Shown in pieces: positions 37,085 to 43,687 of a stretch of 43,687 nucleotides of DNA; position 1 is the stretch's first letter, and each line of letters opens with the position of its first letter. The position numbers and the translations under genes are program-made. The notes below the pieces were generated by a model, which had not been told where the DNA came from, made no database searches, and was given only the letters and a program-made list of their open reading frames with translations. The DNA lies in assembly GCA_038045985.1 (NCBI GenBank), contig JBBSXA010000017.1, positions 18,799-62,485 on the forward strand, written 5' to 3'. The DNA comes from Nanobdellota archaeon. GTDB lineage: Archaea > Nanobdellota > Nanobdellia > Pacearchaeales > GW2011-AR1.

Positions 37085-37528
37085 ATGATTATTAACAAAA
37101 AAGGTTTATCGACTGTTGTTACGACTTTGATAATTATACTTTTAGTTTTGGTTGCTATTGGAATTATATGGGTCGTTATAAGAGGTGTTATTGAAACAGG
37201 ATCTGAGCAAATTGATATTGGAACAGCTTGTCCTTTAATTGACTTAAGAGTTATTGGAAACAAGACTTGTGATGGAACATCTTGTGTTGTGACTCTAGAA
37301 AGAAGAGCTGGCGGCAAGGATTTTGAAGGCGTTAGATTAGTGGTTTCAAATAATGTAACATCCGCAGTAACTGATATTGATGGCAATATAGATCAGCTTG
37401 TTACTATGGACAAAACGGCAACGCCTTCTGTGGCGAACCCGGGGAAGGTTATAATTGCAGCTTATTTCAGAGACACACAGAACAACATACAATTGTGCCC
37501 TAACTCACAGGAGTACAATATTATTTAA
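37085..37528 (+). CDS. Archaeal type IV pilin (KKGLS type)
   Basis: NKKGLSTVVTTLIIILLVLVAIGIIWVVI; AGGAGG at 37073; T-rich tract after the stop. Confidence 0.88.
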   Translation: MIINKKGLSTVVTTLIIILLVLVAIGIIWVVIRGVIETGSEQIDIGTACPLIDLRVIGNKTCDGTSCVVTLERRAGGKDFEGVRLVVSNNVTSAVTDIDGNIDQLVTMDKTATPSVANPGKVIIAAYFRDTQNNIQLCPNSQEYNII

Positions 37529-37599
37529 TTTTTTATTTTTCTAATTCTTGACTATTTTTATATCAACAGCTTTTTATACTGCTAAAATTTACATAAATT

Positions 37600-37860
37600 A
37601 TGGCTAAAGTGACAAGTATAGAAACAAATGAATCAAGAGACGTTGATGATAATTCTAACATAAAAGAAGCTTGTGAAGAGCTTGGCGTGCCGTTTTGCTG
37701 CGAGGAAGGGCTTTGCGGGAGCTGTGCAGTTGATGTTGTTCATGGCGAGGATAATTTAAGCGAATTGACAGAAAATGAGGAGATTCTAGACAGGGATAAA
37801 AAGCATAGGCTTGCATGCCAGTGCAGAATAAAAAAGGGCGAGGTTGAGATTAGGTTTTAG
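37600..37860 (+). CDS. fdx: 2Fe-2S ferredoxin
   Basis: GVPFCCEEGLCGSC...RLACQC. Confidence 0.92.
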   Translation: MAKVTSIETNESRDVDDNSNIKEACEELGVPFCCEEGLCGSCAVDVVHGEDNLSELTENEEILDRDKKHRLACQCRIKKGEVEIRF

Positions 37861-37863
37861 AAA

Positions 37864-38847
37864 ATGTTAGACTTTGAACTTGATAAACTTGTAAGAGAAC
37901 TTAAAAAGAGAAAGCCAAAGAAAGTTTTAGTCCAGCTTCCAGAGGGAATAAAACAGAATGCAATTGAGATTAGCAAAGTTTTTGAGAATCTTGGGATTGA
38001 AGTCATTTTTTCAGGAGAAACATGCTGGGGAGCGTGCTCTGTCGCGGTACAGGAGGCTGAAGCTCTTGGTGCGGATTTAATTGTTCATTTCGGGCATGCT
38101 GAATTTATAAAAATAAATTTTCCTGTTTTTTACATTGAAGTTAAAGATAATCTTGATTTGAGCAAAATTTTAAACAAGTCTTTAGCTCATATAAAAAAAT
38201 TCAAGAAAATAGGGCTTTCTTATTCTATTCAGCACAGGCATGATATTAAAAATATAATAAAATTTTATGAGGATAATGGAAAAGAAGTTACACTTTCTAG
38301 GAAGCTAGGAAAAGTTGCTTATGAAGGCCATATTGTAGGATGCCAGTATTCTGGATTAAAGGCAATAGAAAAAAATGTTGATGTTTTTCTTATAATTGGA
38401 AATCAGTTTCATTCTATGGGTGCTGTTCTTTCTGTTGAAAAGCCAGTTGTACTTCTTGATGTTTATAATGATGATGTAAGAGACATGGGAAATTTAAGAG
38501 AAAAAATAATCAAGCAGAGGCTGGTTTCAATACAAAAATTGAAAGACGCGAAAACTGTCGGAGTTATTGTCGAGATAAAGCCAGGACAGCAGTTTGGCTC
38601 TCCTAAATGGCTTATGAAAAGACTTAAAGACGCCGGCAAGGAAGCTGTATTAATAACAATGAGCGAGCTTTCACCTGACAAGCTTATGAACTTTTATTAC
38701 ATTGACTGTTTTATAGAACTTGCCTGCCCTAGAATAGCTATTGATGATTTTTATAAGTATGAGAAGCCTATTGTAACTTTCAAGGAAGCTTTGTATGCGC
38801 TTGGAGCAAAATCTTGGGATGAAGTTTTAGAAATGGGGCTGGTTTAA
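37864..38847 (+). CDS. dph2: Diphthamide biosynthesis enzyme Dph2
   Basis: VQLPEGIK, CWGAC, VHFGH, GHIVGC, KPGQ, ACPRIAIDD; the three Fe-S cysteines are present. Confidence 0.93.
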   Translation: MLDFELDKLVRELKKRKPKKVLVQLPEGIKQNAIEISKVFENLGIEVIFSGETCWGACSVAVQEAEALGADLIVHFGHAEFIKINFPVFYIEVKDNLDLSKILNKSLAHIKKFKKIGLSYSIQHRHDIKNIIKFYEDNGKEVTLSRKLGKVAYEGHIVGCQYSGLKAIEKNVDVFLIIGNQFHSMGAVLSVEKPVVLLDVYNDDVRDMGNLREKIIKQRLVSIQKLKDAKTVGVIVEIKPGQQFGSPKWLMKRLKDAGKEAVLITMSELSPDKLMNFYYIDCFIELACPRIAIDDFYKYEKPIVTFKEALYALGAKSWDEVLEMGLV

Positions 38848-39015
38848 AACTTTATACCTAAAATTTGTAAAAGCCTGATGATTAACAGCCATATGAGTTA
38901 TGATGTTTACACGGCAAGTAATTGCAATAAGCGGCAAGAAAGACCAGCAGACAACAATAAATCACATAATAAAATATTTTGATGAGTATAAAGAATATTT
39001 AATAAGGAAATTAAA

Positions 39016-39171
39016 TTAAGCTGCCTTTCTTATTCTTCCTGCTTTAACGTCTTCAAGGCTATTTTTAAACTGCCTCACTAAATCAAAATCTATTTTTTCA
39101 AGCTCTTTTAATCTTTGTAATTCTGAGAGCATTTGCTCGTATCGTGATTTTGATATTTTAACTGTTTCCAT
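39016..39171 (-). CDS. Small antitoxin-like protein (51 aa)
   Basis: METVKISKSRYEQM...LVRQFKNSLEDVKAGRIRKAA; TATATAAA-like box upstream. Confidence 0.6.
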   Translation of the reverse strand: METVKISKSRYEQMLSELQRLKELEKIDFDLVRQFKNSLEDVKAGRIRKAA

Positions 39172-39193
39172 AGAAAATGGAATTGCAAGATAT

Positions 39194-39928
39194 TTATATA
39201 CTTTTATTAATAGATTTATATCCTTTCTCTTCAAGTTCGTCTATCAACTCGGGTCCGCCTGTTTTTGCAACTTTACCGTCTATTAAAACAGAAACCCGAG
39301 TTGGCTTTAAATGATGGAAAATTCTTTTATAATGTGAAATAACAAGAAGGGATTTCTCCTGAGACATAAAATTACTAAGAGCTTCTGCTATTTTTTTTAA
39401 AGAGTCAATGTCAAGCCCTGAATCAGTTTCATCCAAAATTGCGAGTTTAGGGTCTAAAGTCAGCAATTGGAGAATTTCTGATTTCTTTTTTTCTCCGCCG
39501 GAAAAGTTTTCATTAAGATACCTTGTGGAAAAATCTTCTGGAGCATCGAGCTTTTTGGATTTTTCATCCATGAGAGTTTTGAATTGTCTTGTTAAAAGTT
39601 TTTTTTCTTTTAATTCATTGTAGGCTGACTTTAGAAATTTTAACATTGGGACGCCTGAGACTTCTTTTGGGTCCTGGAAGCTTAAAAATATTCCTAGTTT
39701 AGCCCTTTTATCTGGCGCCATATCAGTTATTTCTTCACCATTAAAAAATATCTGGCCTTTAGTTATTTTGTATTTTGGATGACCTGCAATAACTTTTGCC
39801 AATGTGGATTTTCCAGAGCCGTTTGGTCCCATAAATGCATGAATCTCTCCCTTTTTGACTAAGAGATTTATTCCCTTCAGGATTTCTTTGTTTTCTGCGC
39901 TGACGTGGAGATTTTTTATTTCTAACAT
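39194..39928 (-). CDS. sufC: Fe-S cluster assembly ATPase SufC
   Basis: MGPNGSGKST, FLSFQDP, RYLNENFSGGEKKKSE, ILDETDSGLDID. Confidence 0.95.
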   Translation of the reverse strand: MLEIKNLHVSAENKEILKGINLLVKKGEIHAFMGPNGSGKSTLAKVIAGHPKYKITKGQIFFNGEEITDMAPDKRAKLGIFLSFQDPKEVSGVPMLKFLKSAYNELKEKKLLTRQFKTLMDEKSKKLDAPEDFSTRYLNENFSGGEKKKSEILQLLTLDPKLAILDETDSGLDIDSLKKIAEALSNFMSQEKSLLVISHYKRIFHHLKPTRVSVLIDGKVAKTGGPELIDELEEKGYKSINKSI

Positions 39929-39929
39929 T

Positions 39930-40301
39930 TTATTTTTCTCTTAGAATTTTTTTCAAGCCTTCCAAAGGAAGGATCTGACATTTGACTCTTGTCAGTGTTA
40001 TCTCTGCGCCGATGAAATCATCTAGGTCTTTTTTCCCCAGCTTTAATATGTCCTGGATATTCATTCCTTTTATTTTTTCAAGCAAAACAGAAGTTGAGAC
40101 GGTGCTCACGAAACATCCACCTCCTGTGAAGCCGACGTTTAATATTTTTTCATCCTTGACTTCCAGCTCAAGATTTATTATATCGTCGCATATTGGGTTT
40201 TTTATTGTTATTTCATGAGTCTTGTTTTTCAGCTTTCCATAGTTAGGCCTTTCAGAGTAAATTTCAAGAAGCTCTTCGCGGAATAGAGTTTTGTTCAACA
40301 T
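39930..40301 (-). CDS. sufU: SufU/IscU-like scaffold or sulfur-transfer protein
   Basis: NPICDD, GGGCFVS, TRVKC. Confidence 0.85.
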   Translation of the reverse strand: MLNKTLFREELLEIYSERPNYGKLKNKTHEITIKNPICDDIINLELEVKDEKILNVGFTGGGCFVSTVSTSVLLEKIKGMNIQDILKLGKKDLDDFIGAEITLTRVKCQILPLEGLKKILREK

Positions 40302-41683
40302 ACTGAGTTTTCAATCTCTAATTCAATTAATTTATTTAATTCGGCAGCATATTCCAAAGGAAGCTGTTTTATTATAGGCTCTATAAATCCAGAGACTATC
40401 ATTTTTGTCGCTTCTTCTTCACTGAGGCCTCTTGACATTAAATAAAAAAGCTGTTCTTCTCCTATTTTCCCAACAACAGCTTCATGTGAGACTTCAACTT
40501 GATCTTCTGAAACTTCCATACTTGGGAAGGTCATTGATTTGCTTTTGTTATCAAGCATTAAGCCATCACACCTTACAGAAGTTTTTGAATTTTTTGCCCC
40601 GGATTTTATTTTGACCAAACCACGGTAAGAGCAAATTCCACCTGCATGACTTATTCCTTTGCTTACAACAGTTGAAGATGTGTTTTCAGCTAAGTGATAA
40701 ACTTTGCAGCCAGTGTCTTGATACTGCCCCTGGCCTGCGAAAGCTATTCCCAAATAATCTGATTTTGAGTTCTTTCCCATTAAAATACTGCAAGGATACA
40801 GCATTGTAAGTTTTGAGCCCATGTTTCCATTTACCCATTCTATTATTCCGTTTTCATGAACAACAGCTCTTTTTGTGTTTAGATTATATGTGTTTTTACT
40901 CCAATTTTCTATTGATGAATAACGAACTTTAGCTCCTTTAAGGACAAATATTTCAACTCCTCCTGCATGAAGGGAGTTTTCAGTATACAAAGGAGCTGAA
41001 CATCCTTCAATATAATGAACATCAGAATTTTCATCAGCGATTATTAAAGTGTGCTCGAATTGACCTCCTTTTTTTGCATTCATTCTAAAGTAAGCCTGAA
41101 GTGGCAGCTCGACTTTAATGCCTTTTGGAATGTAAATAAAAGTTCCTCCAGACCAAACAGCTCCATGAAGTGCTGCGAATTTATGCAAGTTGGGCGAGAT
41201 GCATTGAGTCATAAAATACTTTTGGACTAGTTCAGGATATTTTTGAACTGCTTCGTCACAATCTAAAAAAACAACTCCTTGTTTTTCTAAAGATTCTTTA
41301 AGATTATGATAGACGACTTCTGATTCGTACTGAGCGCCAACTCCTGCTAAAGCTTTCTGCTCTGCTTTTTGTATGCCTAGTCTTTCATAAGTAGCTCTTA
41401 TTTCGTAAGGAACTTCATCCCAGCTTTTTGAATTTCTTTCTGCATTAGGCCTCATATAAAAATGAATTTCTTCAAGATTAAGATCAGAAAGATCAGGCCC
41501 CCAAGACGGAATTGGTTTTGAATTAAAAATTTCAAGGGCTTTTAGTCTTTTAGCCAGCATCCACTCTGGCTCGTTCTTGTCTTTTGATATTTGGATAACT
41601 AGCTCTTTGTTTAATCCAGCAACAGCTTTGAATTTCAAGTCTTCTGGATTTACAGAATCATAAGTCTGCCTTGAAAATTCCAT
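40295..41683 (-). CDS. sufB: Fe-S cluster assembly protein SufB
   Basis: KNEPEWML, AQYESEVVYH, GQFEHTLII, HYIEGCSAP, SHEA.VGKI.EEQLFYLMSRG, LPLEYA.ELN. Confidence 0.95.
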   Translation of the reverse strand: MEFSRQTYDSVNPEDLKFKAVAGLNKELVIQISKDKNEPEWMLAKRLKALEIFNSKPIPSWGPDLSDLNLEEIHFYMRPNAERNSKSWDEVPYEIRATYERLGIQKAEQKALAGVGAQYESEVVYHNLKESLEKQGVVFLDCDEAVQKYPELVQKYFMTQCISPNLHKFAALHGAVWSGGTFIYIPKGIKVELPLQAYFRMNAKKGGQFEHTLIIADENSDVHYIEGCSAPLYTENSLHAGGVEIFVLKGAKVRYSSIENWSKNTYNLNTKRAVVHENGIIEWVNGNMGSKLTMLYPCSILMGKNSKSDYLGIAFAGQGQYQDTGCKVYHLAENTSSTVVSKGISHAGGICSYRGLVKIKSGAKNSKTSVRCDGLMLDNKSKSMTFPSMEVSEDQVEVSHEAVVGKIGEEQLFYLMSRGLSEEEATKMIVSGFIEPIIKQLPLEYAAELNKLIELEIENSVC

Positions 41684-41685
41684 AT

Positions 41686-41705
41686 ATATTAACTATAGTT
41701 AATAT
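41686..41705. promoter_or_regulatory. Perfect 20-bp palindrome, candidate operator of the suf operon
   Basis: ATATTAACTA-TAGTTAATAT between the minus-strand TTTAAAAA box and the sufB ATG. Confidence 0.75.
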
Positions 41706-41760
41706 TTTTAAACCTTCTTAATTCCTAAATCTTTATAAAATCAACTTTTCTAGTAAAAAA

Positions 41761-42165
41761 ATGAAGAAAATCTGGATTATATTTATTATTGCATTTATAG
41801 CTGTGAATGCAGTTGCTTTTAGCGTGTTTTTAACAGGAAACAGTCAGCAAGGCAATAGTCTTTCAAATGCAATAAATCAGCAGAATAAGACAGGAAATTC
41901 ACAAGACAATAATCCAATAACATCTGGCTCAATATCTTCTTCAGAGCTTTCTAAACATTCTAAACAGAGTGATTGCTGGATTTCATATAAAGGAAAAGTT
42001 TATGATTTAACAAAATGGCTGCCTAAACATCCTGGATCAGCTGCAGCAATAGCCCCTTACTGTGGAACTTCTAGTGAGTTTGAAAAAGCATTTAGTGACA
42101 AGCATGGAACTTCTCAAGTGCAGAGGATGGTAGCTGAAGGAATTTATAAAGGAGAATTAAAATAA
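41761..42165 (+). CDS. Membrane-anchored cytochrome b5-like heme-binding protein
   Basis: N-terminal TM; ELSKHSKQSDCWISYKGKVYDLTKWLPKHPGS...F...HG. Confidence 0.9.
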   Translation: MKKIWIIFIIAFIAVNAVAFSVFLTGNSQQGNSLSNAINQQNKTGNSQDNNPITSGSISSSELSKHSKQSDCWISYKGKVYDLTKWLPKHPGSAAAIAPYCGTSSEFEKAFSDKHGTSQVQRMVAEGIYKGELK

Positions 42166-42203
42166 AAATGAAAATTCTGCAAATCAGATAAATTTAAAAT
42201 AAA

Positions 42204-42611
42204 ATGATGAACTTTAAAAAATATTCACCTCTTTTGTTAAGAGTTGGAATATCAATGGTCTTTTTGTGGTTTGGGTTTTCACAGATTAAAAACCCTTCAA
42301 ATTGGACAGGAATGATGCCTGAATATATTCAATCAGCAATTTCTCTGCCGCCTAACACTCTTATTTACATCAATGGCGCTTTTGAGATAATGTTTGCTGT
42401 TCTTTTGCTTATCGGGTTTTTCACAAGAACAGCTTCTTTGCTTTTGACATTGCATCTTTTTCACATAGTCACTATTGTTGGTTATGGGGCTGTTGGAGCA
42501 AGAGATTTTGCTTTAGCTTTAGCTACGTTTTCAATATTTTTAAGAGGAAGAGATGAATTTTGCTTGGATGAGCTTTTAGCGGAAAAAAGAAACAAGAAGA
42601 AGAAAGGATGA
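42204..42611 (+). CDS. DoxX family membrane protein
   Basis: LLRVGISMVFLWFG...GAFEI...LLLIGFFTR.A...RD. Confidence 0.85.
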   Translation: MMNFKKYSPLLLRVGISMVFLWFGFSQIKNPSNWTGMMPEYIQSAISLPPNTLIYINGAFEIMFAVLLLIGFFTRTASLLLTLHLFHIVTIVGYGAVGARDFALALATFSIFLRGRDEFCLDELLAEKRNKKKKG

Positions 42612-42702
42612 TTTTGGTTGCTGGTTTCAAAAGTTGGAATTGGAAAAATTTAATTTTATTGTTAACCATAACATATTTAATTGAGCAAGACATAGAAAAA
42701 TC

Positions 42703-43062
42703 ATGAAAAAGATCATGCCACAGGAGATTGAAGTTTGGTATCTTATTCCTTATTTGAGAAAAAAGATTTCTATTATCTTAGCTCAAAAAGGCGTTAAACA
42801 GAAGGAAATTGCCAAGATTTTCGGAATAAGCGAGGCTGCTATTACCAATTATATAAAAGAAAAAAGAGGAAGCAAGGTTACTCTTCCTTCAGACTCTATT
42901 AAAGCAATAGAAAAGGCTGCTGACAAAATAATCAAAGGCGAGGACTCAACAAAGACTCTTTACGAACTTTGCGAGAAATTCAGAAATTCAAAAGAATTGT
43001 GCAAAATACATAGGAAGTTTGACAAGTCTGTCCCAGAAAAATGCGAAGTTTGCTTTGAGTGA
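42703..43062 (+). CDS. HTH transcriptional regulator with Cys-rich C-terminus (COG2522-like)
   Basis: MPQEIEVWYLIP.LR...QKEIAKIFGISEAAITNYIKEKRG; LC...LCKIH...CEVC. Confidence 0.8.
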   Translation: MKKIMPQEIEVWYLIPYLRKKISIILAQKGVKQKEIAKIFGISEAAITNYIKEKRGSKVTLPSDSIKAIEKAADKIIKGEDSTKTLYELCEKFRNSKELCKIHRKFDKSVPEKCEVCFE

Positions 43063-43072
43063 AAGTTGGAAA

Positions 43073-43687
43073 TTAATTAAACCCTGCGTCTTTTTTGAAA
43101 ATTATGTGCTTGATCTTTTTTAATTCTGAAAGTATTTCTTTTCTTACTTCACTATCAAGGCATTCCGGAGGAAAAACCCCTCTGTTTTTTATTTTCGGCA
43201 TTGCCATTATAAACAGCTTTACTGACAAGGCAGTTGGATAAGTGATAAAATTAGCCCCCAGTTTTAAATTATTTATTTCTTTTTGCTTTGGAAATATTAA
43301 GGAATATTTAATGGTTCTTTTCTTGCCGTTGGATTTTCCTGTAGCTTCTGTACATACGGCAAATCTTGCTTTTGGGAATTTCTTTTCTTCTCCAGGAACC
43401 TGATCAGGCAGAATTTTGGATAAAAAACTTATTGGTTTTATCTGCTTCCCATCAACAAGAATCTCTTTTTTAGAAAACAGCCCCAACGCAACTAAAATCT
43501 TTAAGACGTCAATGTTGTTGTCATGGATTTTTACATCTAATTTTTTTGTTTTAACGTAAAGGGGAATTGAACCTACCTCATCCTGTGCAAAATAATAAGT
43601 TTTTCTTTTTCCAATAGGAGCTGGAAAATCGTATTCTTCCCCATCTCCAAAACGTTCTACAACTTTAAATTTTCCATTATTATAAAT
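43073..43687 (-). CDS. Saccharopine dehydrogenase / carboxynorspermidine synthase family protein, 5'-partial
   Basis: Frame is open to the window end: IYNNGKF...EEYDFPAPIG...QDEVGSIP...LGLFS...GVFPPECLD. Confidence 0.75.
   Translation of the reverse strand: MYNNGKFKVVERFGDGEEYDFPAPIGKRKTYYFAQDEVGSIPLYVKTKKLDVKIHDNNIDVLKILVALGLFSKKEILVDGKQIKPISFLSKILPDQVPGEEKKFPKARFAVCTEATGKSNGKKRTIKYSLIFPKQKEINNLKLGANFITYPTALSVKLFIMAMPKIKNRGVFPPECLDSEVRKEILSELKKIKHIIFKKDAGFN

Noticed and set aside
38893-38982. Plus-strand mini-ORF MSYDVYTAS... as a RelE remnant
   Set aside because: Wrong strand relative to the antitoxin-like gene, only 29 aa, and the similarity is limited to a few residues.

Overview
AT-rich archaeal chromosomal DNA, most consistent with a DPANN (Pacearchaeota/Woesearchaeota-like) genome. 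Support: L35Ae, L10e, Dph2, archaeal-type GluRS, a BHB-intron tRNA, many class III signal peptides and TATA-like boxes about 30 nt upstream of starts. In order: (1) a type IV pilin-like cluster (1-6475) with a vWA/LamG adhesin, interrupted by an LMW-PTP-like gene and an (AAT)19 poly-Asn mini-ORF; (2) intron-containing tRNA-Val(TAC) followed by bacterial-looking small genes, including a lone sigma70 region-4 domain; (3) two nucleotidyltransferase/HEPN-like paralogues and an endonuclease IV/xylose-isomerase-like TIM barrel among short hypotheticals and two ribosomal protein genes; (4) an ABC exporter; (5) two paralogous pilin-fused beta-helix adhesins (2538 and 813 aa) separated by an AAA ATPase gene bracketed by a 41-bp direct repeat of the adhesin 3' end; (6) a C-terminally short GluRS with an apparent in-frame palindromic insertion; (7) a pilin, ferredoxin-dph2, sufB-sufU-sufC with a perfect 20-bp palindrome, cytochrome b5, DoxX and a Cys-rich HTH regulator. 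No integrase, transposase, reverse transcriptase or CRISPR array was seen. All calls come from reading motifs by eye, with no database searches.
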